Positions 1 through 8,422 of a DNA stretch of 64,000 bases are shown here, piece after piece. The notes under the pieces are model-generated. The model was given only the letters and a program-made list of their open reading frames with translations, ran no database searches and was not told where the DNA came from. Origin of the DNA: an uncultured Thermoanaerobaculia bacterium (GTDB lineage Bacteria; Acidobacteriota; Thermoanaerobaculia; Thermoanaerobaculales; Sulfomarinibacteraceae); the NCBI GenBank assembly GCA_964641295.1, contig CAZXNA010000001.1:19256-83255 (forward strand). Reading direction: 5' to 3'. The translations under genes and the position numbers were made by a program. Within the stretch, counting starts at the first letter, position 1. Each line of letters begins with the position of its first letter.

Positions 1-1127
1 ATGCCCCCCTCCAGGTAGAGGGCCACCGCCAACGCCTGGGCCGGGAAGACCTCCTGCGGGAGGTGGGGGAGGAACCGTTTGGCGTCCAGGTAAACGGCGT
101 GGCCGCCGGCCGGCCGGATCATGGGAACGCCGGCGGCGTCCAGGCGCTCCCACAGGGCCTGGACCTGTCCGACCCGAAACTCCAGGTAGCGCTCGTCCAG
201 CACCTCCCGAAGCCCCCGTGCGACCGCCTCCAGGTCACGCCCCGCCAGGCCGCCGTAGGTCGGGAACCCCTCGATGACGATCAGCATGTTTCGAAGGGCG
301 TCGAAGAGGGCCTGATCCCGCATGGCGATGAAGCCGCCGATGTTGGCCAGCCCGTCCTTCTTGGCGCTCATGGTGCAACCGTCGGCCGCAGCGAACATGT
401 CCGCAGCGATATCCCGGACGCTGCGGTGCCCCTGCCCCGGTTCCCGTTGCTTGATGAACCACGCGTTCTCGGCGAAGCGGCAGGCGTCGAGGAAGAAGGG
501 AACACCGTGCCGGTGACAGATCTCCCCCATGGCCCGGATGTTCTCCAGGCTCACCGGCTGTCCGCCGCCGGAGTTGTTGGTCACCGTCAGCATGGCGACG
601 GGGACGTTCTCCCGGCCGTTGGCCGCCAGGAAGGCGTCCAGGGCCTCGAGATCGATGTTCCCCTTGAAGGGGTGCTCGGACGCGGGGTCCCGTCCCTCGG
701 CGATGACCAGGTCCACGGCCTCACCGCCGTTGACCTCGATGTTGGCACGGGTCGTGTCGAAGTGATTGTTGGAAGGGATCTTCATTCCCGGCTTGACCAG
801 CGTCGAAAAGAGGAGGTTTTCCGCCACCCGTCCCTGGTGGGTCGGGATGATGAAGGGGAGGCCCGTGATCTCCTGGACGGTTGCCCGGAAGTTGTAAAAG
901 TTGCGCGCGCCGGCATAGGACTCGTCCCCCAGCATCAGGCCGGCCCACTGGTCCTGGGACATGGCCGAGGTGCCGGAGTCCGTCAGGAGATCGATGAAGA
1001 CGTCCTCCGCGGGAATGGCAAAAACGTTGTAGCCGGCCTCTTCGAGCCGTCGCCGGCGCATATCCCGCTCGGGAAGGTGAATGGGCTCGACGACCTTGAC
1101 GCGCCACGGCTCCGGAACGTGCTGCAT
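1..1127 (-). CDS. beta-eliminating lyase (tryptophanase / tyrosine phenol-lyase family); C-terminus cut by window edge
   Basis: Absent from the ORF track because no stop lies inside the window. The reverse strand from ATG at 1127 (GGGAGG 7 nt upstream) reads MQHVPEPWRVKVVEPIHLPERDMRRRRLEEAGYNVFAIPAEDVFIDLLTDSGTSAMS...HFDTTRANIE...SAKKDGLANIGGF (PLP-lysine block). The listed + ORF 63..1178 is its antisense shadow. Confidence 0.8.
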   Translation of the reverse strand, partial: MQHVPEPWRVKVVEPIHLPERDMRRRRLEEAGYNVFAIPAEDVFIDLLTDSGTSAMSQDQWAGLMLGDESYAGARNFYNFRATVQEITGLPFIIPTHQGRVAENLLFSTLVKPGMKIPSNNHFDTTRANIEVNGGEAVDLVIAEGRDPASEHPFKGNIDLEALDAFLAANGRENVPVAMLTVTNNSGGGQPVSLENIRAMGEICHRHGVPFFLDACRFAENAWFIKQREPGQGHRSVRDIAADMFAAADGCTMSAKKDGLANIGGFIAMRDQALFDALRNMLIVIEGFPTYGGLAGRDLEAVARGLREVLDERYLEFRVGQVQALWERLDAAGVPMIRPAGGHAVYLDAKRFLPHLPQEVFPAQALAVALYLEGG

Positions 1128-1244
1128 GAAATGACCTCCCTGGGAACGGCCAACTCGGGCCGTACCGACCGATTGTAGCCGTGCCGCCGGTGCGAGGCCA
1201 GGGCTCCCCGACACACGACACCGGGCTCGTGTAGGATCTCCGGC

Positions 1245-1667
1245 ATGCACAGGCCGACTCTCCTCTTCATCTGCATCGGCAACACCTGCCGTTCGCCCAT
1301 GGCGGAGGCCATGGCGAAGGCCATGGGCGGGGATGCCATCCGGGTGCTCTCCGCCGGGCTCTCCGCCACGGGCCGGGTTGCCCCGGAAACCATCGCCACC
1401 CTGGAGTCCCTTGGCTACTCGGGCCAGGGGCTCTCCTCCAAGGGGCTCTCCGAGGTGCCACTGGACGAGATCGACGTGGTGGTCAGCCTGATCGGCCCCC
1501 CCGGTGTCCGGTGGATCCCCTTTGGGATGCCCGTGGAGACGGTCGTCTGGAACGTCCCCGACCCGTGGGGGGAGGATGAAACGACCTACCGGAACGTGGC
1601 GCGCCGGATCGAGGGCCTGGTCCGGGAGCTGCTTGACGAGCTGATCGGCAACGGGTCGCTCAGTTGA
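1245..1667 (+). CDS. low-molecular-weight protein-tyrosine phosphatase (ArsC/LMW-PTP fold)
   Basis: N-terminal P-loop LLFICIGNTCRSPMAEA (CX5R-S) and a downstream DPWG acid-loop motif; 140 aa. Confidence 0.85.
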   Translation: MHRPTLLFICIGNTCRSPMAEAMAKAMGGDAIRVLSAGLSATGRVAPETIATLESLGYSGQGLSSKGLSEVPLDEIDVVVSLIGPPGVRWIPFGMPVETVVWNVPDPWGEDETTYRNVARRIEGLVRELLDELIGNGSLS

Positions 1668-3342
1668 GGTAGCCCAGGCTCTTGAGGAGCTCCAGCTGCG
1701 CCGCCCCCTCGCCGGCGGCTGCCGCCCCGGCCAGCGGGGGCGGGGGCCCGTAGAGTGCCGGAGGCGGAACCGGTCCACCCCCAACACCCGAGAGGTCCCG
1801 GCGCACCCTCCCCTTCAGGCCCGCGGCCGGCGGCAGGCCCAGGGCGTCCAACCAGGTATCGACCAGATCGGCCGGCGACACCTCGCCGATCCCCGGGCCC
1901 TCGGAGGACCACAGGATCCAGCCACCGTCGGGCTTCATCCCGACGATGCAGACGGCGAACCCATGGGCCAGGACACGCTCCAGCACCCGCCCGAGCACCT
2001 CCAGGTGGGGCTCGAGGACACGGGCGGCCAGCAGGGGAGCACCCTCGCCCTCGACCCGCCTCCGTTCCAGCCACCAGCCGGGGAGGTAGACCATGAGCAG
2101 GGATGGATCGTCCAGGGTGACATCCGCCAGGGCGCCGAGGGCCCTCCGGTCCATGTCCAGGGGCTCCGTTCCGCTGGCCGACCCCAGAGCGGCAAGGCTA
2201 CCGTCCGGAAATACTGTTTCAGGCCCCTGAACGCCGGTCAGCAACCACCGCTCCGACGCGACCACACCCCGGACGCGGCGGGGTGGGAAGCTCCCCCACC
2301 AGCCCAACACCCGAACGGACAGGCCCGCCCGGGAGGCCATTTCCCAAACCGTCGGGACCCTCCTGTGGGCGGCCGGCACCGTCTGCTCCTCCACAACACC
2401 CAGGGGCGACCAGAAACCGACGACCACCCGCCGCAGCAAGGGGGGCAGGAGGAGAACGGGGCCGTCGGTACCCACGGCGACCTGGCGGAAGGTCGCCACC
2501 CCCCGCCGTCCGGGCGAGACCCCCGTGGCCACGGTGATCCATCGCACCGGCAGGGAGGCCTCGGGATCCGGCTCCCCCAACCCCGCCCACCGCCAGCTCG
2601 TCATCCCCGCCAGTCGCCCGATACGTCCAGCCAGGAGCTCCACCTCCTCCCGCGATGCTCCATCGACGGCGACGACCGCGAGCCGCGCCGTGCCCGGCCG
2701 CACGTGAAGAGCCTCCGCCCGGCTGTCCTCCTCCGGAATGGTCCGCCCAAGAAACGAGGCCAGGCCCACGGCCACGACCACCCCGGCCAAGGTGAGAACG
2801 GTGACCCGCCAGAGCCGGGGGAGGACCATGGACGTCGTCGGTGGACGGCGGAGGATCCTCAGCACCACGGCCCTGGCGAGGCCGCGCAGGATCAGGGCCG
2901 CTCCCAGCACTCCCAGAAGCGCCCCCGCCAGCACGCTGGCGCCCCAGGGAGGCGTCCAGGGCCGGCCGGTCAGATAGGCCAGGCCCAGGGCTGCCGTGGC
3001 GCCGGCGGCGCCGGTTCCTGCGGCCGCCAGACCCGCGGAAAGCCCCCGACGGTGGACGGCCTCGGCCACGGTTGCGGCCATCCAGGCGAGACCGACGCCC
3101 GTGAGAAACACCGGGGCGAGGAGACCCGTGGCGGCCAGCAACGCCGATGCTCCAAGGGGAAGCACCGCGGCCACATTGAGGCCCACCAGCACCAGTGCCA
3201 GGCCGGTGGCGGTCATGGCGTAGGCGCCAGCCACCGCGCGCCGGGGCACACCGGTGGCGTGCCGCCCCAGGTAGCCCCGCCGGCGCAGGGTCTCCAGGGC
3301 GTCGTCCAGGGCCCGGTCCCGGATGGATTCGTCAGCTGACAC
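1660..3342 (-). CDS. polytopic membrane protein with C-terminal alkaline-phosphatase/nucleotide-pyrophosphatase-like domain (possibly catalytically degenerate)
   Basis: The first ~200 aa hold several Ala/Leu/Gly-rich hydrophobic segments. The soluble part carries AP-superfamily-like blocks (LAVVAVDGASREEV, WITVATGVSPGRRGV, VPTVWEMASRAGLSVRVLGWWGSFP) and a C-terminal LKSLGYLN. The start overlaps the ispA stop by 11 nt. Family assignment is by eye only. Confidence 0.45.
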   Translation of the reverse strand: MSADESIRDRALDDALETLRRRGYLGRHATGVPRRAVAGAYAMTATGLALVLVGLNVAAVLPLGASALLAATGLLAPVFLTGVGLAWMAATVAEAVHRRGLSAGLAAAGTGAAGATAALGLAYLTGRPWTPPWGASVLAGALLGVLGAALILRGLARAVVLRILRRPPTTSMVLPRLWRVTVLTLAGVVVAVGLASFLGRTIPEEDSRAEALHVRPGTARLAVVAVDGASREEVELLAGRIGRLAGMTSWRWAGLGEPDPEASLPVRWITVATGVSPGRRGVATFRQVAVGTDGPVLLLPPLLRRVVVGFWSPLGVVEEQTVPAAHRRVPTVWEMASRAGLSVRVLGWWGSFPPRRVRGVVASERWLLTGVQGPETVFPDGSLAALGSASGTEPLDMDRRALGALADVTLDDPSLLMVYLPGWWLERRRVEGEGAPLLAARVLEPHLEVLGRVLERVLAHGFAVCIVGMKPDGGWILWSSEGPGIGEVSPADLVDTWLDALGLPPAAGLKGRVRRDLSGVGGGPVPPPALYGPPPPLAGAAAAGEGAAQLELLKSLGYLN

Positions 3343-4201
3343 GGTCGATGACCCCCCGGGCCAGAGTTCGCAGGGGCTGGCCGCGCCGGCCGAAAATCTC
3401 GAGCTCCGCCGCGGCGGTTTCCACGAGCTCCCCCGCTAGCCGGCGGGATCCCTCGATTCCCAGCAGGTCGACGAATGTCACCCGGCCCCGGTCCTGTCCA
3501 ACGGGTTTCCCCATGGTCTGGGGATCGCCCTCCGCGTCGAGGATGTCATCGACCACCTGGAAGGCCAGGCCGACGTTGCGGGCGAAGGCCTCGACGGCTT
3601 CCTGCTCCCCGGCGGAGGGGCGTCCTGCATAGGCGCCCCACCGGGCCGCCAGGACGAAGAGGGCGCCCGTTTTCCCGGCATGGACGGCCTCCAGGTCCTC
3701 CACGCTCGTGGCGTCACCCGCAAGATCGCGCACCTGACCCTCGCACAGCTCCTGGACCACGGCGGCCAGCTCCTCCTGAACGGCAATCCACCGCCGACGT
3801 GGCACCCGGGCCAGGGCCAGGCCGTGGGGAAGCTCCGCGTGGGCCCGGCTGAGGAGGTGGAAGGCCGCCAGGATGGCCACGGCCTCGCCGTAGACGCGAT
3901 GGAGGGACGGCTGGCCACGGCGAAGGTCGGCGTCGTCCATGGAGGGCAGGTCGTCGAGGACCAGGGAGGCGGCGTGAACGGTCTCGACGACGCACCCCAG
4001 CCGCAGCAACCGGGAGCCGGGAACACCGAAGAGTTGGCCGCTGAGGAGCATCAGGACCGGCCGGACCCGTTTCCCGGGGGACAGGAGGGCATCGGCACAC
4101 GCGTTCTCAAGCGGACCACCTCGACCGACCGCCAGGGAGCGAAGCTCCGCATCGACGGCCTGGCGCAAGGCATCCACGTCGGAAGCCTGATCCCCCATCA
4201 C
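3332..4201 (-). CDS. ispA: polyprenyl diphosphate synthase (FPP/GGPP synthase family)
   Basis: Both aspartate-rich motifs are present: LVLDDLPSMDDADLRRG and FQVVDDILD; 289 aa. Confidence 0.85.
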   Translation of the reverse strand: MMGDQASDVDALRQAVDAELRSLAVGRGGPLENACADALLSPGKRVRPVLMLLSGQLFGVPGSRLLRLGCVVETVHAASLVLDDLPSMDDADLRRGQPSLHRVYGEAVAILAAFHLLSRAHAELPHGLALARVPRRRWIAVQEELAAVVQELCEGQVRDLAGDATSVEDLEAVHAGKTGALFVLAARWGAYAGRPSAGEQEAVEAFARNVGLAFQVVDDILDAEGDPQTMGKPVGQDRGRVTFVDLLGIEGSRRLAGELVETAAAELEIFGRRGQPLRTLARGVIDRVS

Positions 4202-4250
4202 GGGGGCATCATACCGTTTCTCGCTGCCCTGCCGGCGGTTGACCTGAGGA

Positions 4251-4589
4251 TCAGGCGAAGGAGGCGATTGCCTCTTCTTCCGAATCGAGAACGTCGAAGA
4301 CCGTGATCAGCTGGGTGACCTGGAGGATGTCGTTGATCTTCGGGGGCAGATGGAGGAGCTTCAGCTGGCCGTCACGTTTGGCCACCGAAGTGTAGGCCGC
4401 GACCATCTCGCCGATCCCCGACGAATCCAGCGTGGAGACCTTTCCGAGGTCGAGGACTATCTTCGTCTTTCCTTCGTCCAGGGCCGTGTGGACCAGCTGG
4501 CGGAGCTCGACGTCGCCCGCACCGATGGTGATCTTCCCCGAAAGCTTGATGAATCGTACGTCGTCCCGGTCAACAATTTCACTCTTCAT
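4251..4589 (-). CDS. STAS-domain anti-sigma-factor antagonist (SpoIIAA/RsbV-like)
   Basis: 112 aa, with LDLGKVSTLDSSGIGEMV (phosphorylatable Ser context). It overlaps the upstream kinase gene by 11 nt. Confidence 0.8.
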   Translation of the reverse strand: MKSEIVDRDDVRFIKLSGKITIGAGDVELRQLVHTALDEGKTKIVLDLGKVSTLDSSGIGEMVAAYTSVAKRDGQLKLLHLPPKINDILQVTQLITVFDVLDSEEEAIASFA

Positions 4590-5052
4590 GAAGGGTCCCC
4601 CCGTCTTTCGTGTCGTTCAGCCGCCGAGTCATGACCACCAGCGTACCCCCCGAGGGCCGCCCTTCGATGATGACCCGGTCCATCAACTGTTTCATGAAAA
4701 AGATACCGCGTCCGCCCGGCCGTAACAAGTTTTCCGGTGCCGTTGGATCAGGAACGGTGGCAGGGTCGAAGCCCTCGCCCTCGTCGGTCACCCGAATGGT
4801 GGCCTCCCCATCCCCGACCTCGTACTCCACACCGACGCGGAGCGCCAGGTCCATCCGGTTGCCGTGGCGCACGGCGTTGGCGATGGCCTCGCGAAGGGAA
4901 CTGAGGATTGGTGTCCGGTCGCTTTCGCGGCAACCGGCTTCATCGCACAGCTCGCAGAAGACCCTCTCGGCCACCTCGATGTTCTCGAAGCGGCTCGACA
5001 GGCTCATCTTGGCACGGTAGACGCCATTATTCGCCACAATCCGGGGTATCAT
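4579..5052 (-). CDS. anti-sigma regulatory Ser/Thr kinase, HATPase_c (RsbW/SpoIIAB-like)
   Basis: N-box EAIANAVRHGN, G1 DEGEGFD, G2 GGRGIFFM. An alternative start is ATG 5007. Confidence 0.75.
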   Translation of the reverse strand: MIPRIVANNGVYRAKMSLSSRFENIEVAERVFCELCDEAGCRESDRTPILSSLREAIANAVRHGNRMDLALRVGVEYEVGDGEATIRVTDEGEGFDPATVPDPTAPENLLRPGGRGIFFMKQLMDRVIIEGRPSGGTLVVMTRRLNDTKDGGTLHEE

Positions 5053-5099
5053 ACCACCGGGCGGACCGGAGAACCGATCTCGATCCGCCGGAGGTGACC

Positions 5100-5696
5100 A
5101 TGGGTAAGAGAATCCTCGTCATGCTCCTCCTTGCCTGCGCGCCTCTCATGGCGTGGGCGGGAGAGAAGGGAAATCCCGTGAACCCCAAGAACCCGCGCGT
5201 TCGGCTGGAAACCAACAAGGGCGTCATCGTCCTGGAACTGGAGCCCGAAAAGGCCCCGATCACCGTCGAGAACTTCCTCAGGTACGTTCGCGAGGGATTC
5301 TACGACGGGACCATCTTCCACCGGGTCATTCCCAACTTCATGATCCAGGGAGGCGGCTTCACGGCGGCCATGGAGAAGAAAGGGACTCACCCCCCGATCA
5401 AGAACGAGGCGGGGAACGGTCTCCACAACCTCCGCGGGACCATCGCCATGGCCCGGACTTCCCAGGTGGACTCGGCCAACTCCCAGTTCTTCATCAACGT
5501 CGTGGACAACCCCTACCTGGACCACCGTGACAACTCTCCCCGCGGTTATGGCTACTGCGTGTTCGGCAAGGTCGTGGAAGGCATGGATGTCGTGGACGCC
5601 ATTGCCAAGGTCAAGACCGGTGTCGCCCACGGGATGCGGGATGTGCCGGTGGAGCCCGTGATCATCAAACACGCCACGGTGGTCGGCTCCAAGTAA
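5100..5696 (+). CDS. ppiA: periplasmic peptidyl-prolyl cis-trans isomerase, cyclophilin type
   Basis: ORF 4908..5696 trimmed to ATG 5100 (GGAGG 8 nt upstream). Signal-peptide-like MGKRILVMLLLACAPLMAWA, then cyclophilin blocks FHRVIPNFMIQGGG and NSQFFI. Confidence 0.9.
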   Translation: MGKRILVMLLLACAPLMAWAGEKGNPVNPKNPRVRLETNKGVIVLELEPEKAPITVENFLRYVREGFYDGTIFHRVIPNFMIQGGGFTAAMEKKGTHPPIKNEAGNGLHNLRGTIAMARTSQVDSANSQFFINVVDNPYLDHRDNSPRGYGYCVFGKVVEGMDVVDAIAKVKTGVAHGMRDVPVEPVIIKHATVVGSK

Positions 5697-5704
5697 CCCT
5701 GTGG

Positions 5705-5727
5705 GCCCTTCCGCGGAATGGAAGGGC
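5705..5727. terminator. GC-rich hairpin between convergent ppiA and cutA (possible bidirectional terminator, no U-tract)
   Basis: GCCCTTCC-GCGGAAT-GGAAGGGC gives a perfect 8-bp stem and 7-nt loop. No flanking T/A run on either strand. Confidence 0.3.
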
Positions 5728-5754
5728 TCCGCGGGCCGAAGGCGGGCGCGGCGG

Positions 5755-6093
5755 TTACTCCTCTTCGGGCGCTACGGAGTTCAGCACCCACTGGTGGAAG
5801 GCGGTCTCCGCCCGGTCCACTGGCAGGGCCATGATCTCCGGGAGCTCGTAGGAGTGGAGCTCGCGGATGGTCTCCGAAACGGCTTCGAAGAGGGAGGCCG
5901 GGGTCTTGATCAGCAGGAGGTACTCGGTGTCCTCGCACACCTTCCCCTTCCACCGGTAGATGGACCGGAGGCAGGGGACGATGTTGACGCAGGTGGCGTA
6001 ACGCCGGGTGATCAACTCCTCTGAGATCTCCACGGCCTGCTGTTCCGTCCCGACGGATGTCAAGATGACAGTGATCGGATCTTGTTCCGCCAT
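5755..6093 (-). CDS. cutA: divalent-cation tolerance protein CutA
   Basis: 112 aa; CVNIVPCLRSIYRWKGKVCEDTEYLLLIKT is typical of CutA1. Confidence 0.85.
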   Translation of the reverse strand: MAEQDPITVILTSVGTEQQAVEISEELITRRYATCVNIVPCLRSIYRWKGKVCEDTEYLLLIKTPASLFEAVSETIRELHSYELPEIMALPVDRAETAFHQWVLNSVAPEEE

Positions 6094-6124
6094 AACTCGA
6101 AGCTACCCAACCCGGTCGCGCGAG

Positions 6125-6748
6125 TCAAGCGTAGCGGCGCATGAGCCCGACGACAATTCCCTGGACCTGTACCCGTTGGGCGGGAAACCGAATCGGGGCC
6201 ATGGCGGCGTTGGCCGGCTGCAACCGAACGGTGCGGCGGTCCTCGAGAAAGAAGCGCTTCAGCGTCACCTCCCCGTCAACCAGAGCGATGACCATCTCTC
6301 CGGGCCGCGCCTCCTGGCGGGCCTGGACCACCACGAGGTCCCCGTCCAGGATGCCGTCTTCCACCATGGAATCGCCGCGCACCCGGAGAACGTAGTGCTC
6401 CCCTCCGTGGAGGAGGGTGCGGGGAACGGCCACACGGGCCGGGACATCCAGGGACTCGATGGGCTGTCCGGCGGCGACAAAGCCCAGGAGGGGCAGCTCT
6501 GCCATCTCGCCGCCCCCCGGATCACTCTCCAACGGAACCAGGCCCCTGCGGCGGTGCTTGCTCCGGAACAGCCAGCCCTTTTTCTGGAGCTCGTTGACGT
6601 GCTTCTGCGCAGAAGCCGTGCTTGAGAAGCCGAAGTGCTCGGCGATTTCGCGTAGGGTCGGTGCGACGCCACGTTCCTTGAGGCTCCAGCGGATGAAGTC
6701 GAGAACCTGGCGCTGGCGCTCCGTCAGCGGCAATGCGTGGGGTGTCAC
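6125..6748 (-). CDS. lexA: LexA repressor
   Basis: ORF 6125..7294 trimmed to GTG 6748, because the long version would run through tRNA-Pro. N-terminal HTH LTERQRQVLDFIRWSLKERGVAPTLREIA, cleavage-site region LGFVAAGQP, and S24 peptidase blocks VRGDSM and TLKRF. Confidence 0.9.
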   Translation of the reverse strand: MTPHALPLTERQRQVLDFIRWSLKERGVAPTLREIAEHFGFSSTASAQKHVNELQKKGWLFRSKHRRRGLVPLESDPGGGEMAELPLLGFVAAGQPIESLDVPARVAVPRTLLHGGEHYVLRVRGDSMVEDGILDGDLVVVQARQEARPGEMVIALVDGEVTLKRFFLEDRRTVRLQPANAAMAPIRFPAQRVQVQGIVVGLMRRYA

Positions 6749-6754
6749 GGCTTC

Positions 6755-6783
6755 ACAGTAAAGAAGGTGGCTGATTTCGTCAA
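6755..6783 (-). promoter_or_regulatory. sigma70-like promoter immediately upstream of lexA
   Basis: Minus strand reads TTGACG (6783..6778), 17 nt, TACTGT (6760..6755), then 6 nt to GTG 6748. No Shine-Dalgarno. Confidence 0.4.
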
Positions 6784-6790
6784 TGGGAAA

Positions 6791-6867
6791 TGGTCGGGGC
6801 GAGTGGATTTGAACCACCGGCCTCACGGTCCCGAACCGTGCGCTCTGCCAGGCTGAGCTACGCCCCG
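6791..6867 (-). tRNA. tRNA-Pro (anticodon CGG)
   Basis: 77-nt cloverleaf folded by hand: acceptor CGGGGCG/CGCCCCG, anticodon loop TTCGGGA, T-loop GGTTCAAATCC, encoded CCA. Confidence 0.9.
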
Positions 6868-6878
6868 ACGGGGGCGAC

Positions 6879-6907
6879 ATTCTAGACCACGCCCACCCGA
6901 AAGGCAA
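6879..6907 (-). promoter_or_regulatory. sigma70-like promoter for tRNA-Pro
   Basis: Minus strand reads TTGCCT (6907..6902), 17 nt, TAGAAT (6884..6879). The tRNA 5' end lies 11 nt further. Confidence 0.5.
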
Positions 6908-7032
6908 ACACCAGATTCCTTCATCCCTCCGCTCCGAGGAATCCCGGAGCATGGCCGGGCCAGCAAGCCGATGGACGGCGGTCGTCGCCCTCCCGGCGGC
7001 AATCCGGCACCGGCCGCTCCCGGAGCCTGATC

Positions 7033-8370
7033 CTAGAGGGGTACGAGGCGCGTGATGAGGATGACGGCGATGAAGAAGGGGCAGACGATGCGAATGAAGA
7101 AGCGCCATGTGGCGGCCATGGGCTCGAAGGCCGGCGCCGAAAGGCTGATCTCGTCGGAGGCGCGTTTGAGCCCCCAGACCAGGGCGGCGAAGACGCAGAG
7201 CAGGAGCCCGCCGAGGGGCAGGGAGATATTGACCCAGAGAAAGTCCATCAGGTCGAAGAACCCGTTGCGGCCCAGGATCTTCACCGAGGCCCACGGCTCG
7301 ACGCCCGACCAGGCCAGGGCGGAGGGAATGCCGATGAGGATGGTCACCAGGCCGATGGACCAGACGGCCTTACGGCGGCTCCACTTGCGCTCGTCGATGA
7401 AGTAAGCGGTCACCACCTCGAGGAGTGACACGGTCGAGGTCAGGGCCGCGACGCCGAGGAGGAAGAAGAAGACCGCACCGACGACGGCACCCCCGGGCAT
7501 CTTGTCGAAGACCGAGGGAAGCACTTCGAAGATCAGGGCCGGGCCGGCACCGGGTTTCTGGCCCAACGCGAAGACCGCCGGGAAGACCATGAAGCCTGCA
7601 AGGACGGCGATGAGCGTGTCCGCGGCAACGACCCAGGCGCCGCAGCGGAGGACGTTGTCCTTCTTGGAGAGGTAGGAGCCGTAGGTCAGCATGGCGCCCA
7701 TGCCGAGGGAGAGGGAGAAGAAGGCCTGGGCCATGGCATCGAGAACGACTTTGACGCCGATCTTCGAGAAGTCGGGCCGTACCAGCCACAACACGCCGTC
7801 CATGGCGCCGGGGAGAAACAGGCAGCGGACGATGATTCCCACCATGGTCAGCAGCAGGAGGGGCATGAGGATCCTGGCCCAGCGCTCGATCCCTCGTTGA
7901 ACTCCCCCGGCCACCACCAGGACCGTCAAGACGACGAAGAAAGCGAAGAAGAAGAGGGCCGGGGTCTCCGTGAAACCGTGGAGGAGGTTCTGGCCCGTGA
8001 ATATCTTCTGGCTGTAGTCGATGAACCAGGCGACGACCTCTCCCGCGATGACCGAGTAGAAGGAGAGGATACCCAGCCCCGTGGCGATGGCCAGGTAGCC
8101 GATACCCTTCCACAGGGAGTGGGGCGCGATGGATTTAATGGCTCCGACGGGGTCCCTCTGGGTCGCTCTTCCCAGGCTGATCTCAAGGAGCATGACCGGA
8201 AGGCCGATGGCGACGACACAGAGCAGGTAGACCAGGACGAAGGCCCCGCCGCCGTTCTCCCCGGCGCTGTAGGGGAAGCGCCAGATGTTCCCGAGCCCGA
8301 TGGCTGAGCCCGCCGCCGCCAGGATGAAACCCACCTGCGAGCTCCACTGGCCCCGTTGTGGTTCCGCCAT
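7033..8370 (-). CDS. sodium-dependent transporter, neurotransmitter:sodium symporter (NSS/SNF) family
   Basis: N-terminal signature GFILAAAGSAIGLGNIWRFPY; multi-TM; 445 aa; GGGGAGGAG upstream of the ATG. Confidence 0.9.
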   Translation of the reverse strand: MAEPQRGQWSSQVGFILAAAGSAIGLGNIWRFPYSAGENGGGAFVLVYLLCVVAIGLPVMLLEISLGRATQRDPVGAIKSIAPHSLWKGIGYLAIATGLGILSFYSVIAGEVVAWFIDYSQKIFTGQNLLHGFTETPALFFFAFFVVLTVLVVAGGVQRGIERWARILMPLLLLTMVGIIVRCLFLPGAMDGVLWLVRPDFSKIGVKVVLDAMAQAFFSLSLGMGAMLTYGSYLSKKDNVLRCGAWVVAADTLIAVLAGFMVFPAVFALGQKPGAGPALIFEVLPSVFDKMPGGAVVGAVFFFLLGVAALTSTVSLLEVVTAYFIDERKWSRRKAVWSIGLVTILIGIPSALAWSGVEPWASVKILGRNGFFDLMDFLWVNISLPLGGLLLCVFAALVWGLKRASDEISLSAPAFEPMAATWRFFIRIVCPFFIAVILITRLVPL

Positions 8371-8422
8371 CCGCGCTCCTCCCCGGCGGGTCGCGCCCGG
8401 CAGGGCCGGGCGTTCTCGAGCT

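Noticed and set aside
63-1178. 371-aa plus-strand ORF at the left edge
   Set aside because: It is the antisense shadow of the edge-truncated tryptophanase-like gene. Its translation is low-complexity with no motifs, while the minus frame reads a clean beta-eliminating lyase with the PLP-lysine block.
6125-7294. 389-aa extended LexA ORF
   Set aside because: The extension runs through tRNA-Pro (6791..6867) and into the NSS transporter gene. The LexA homology begins at 6748.
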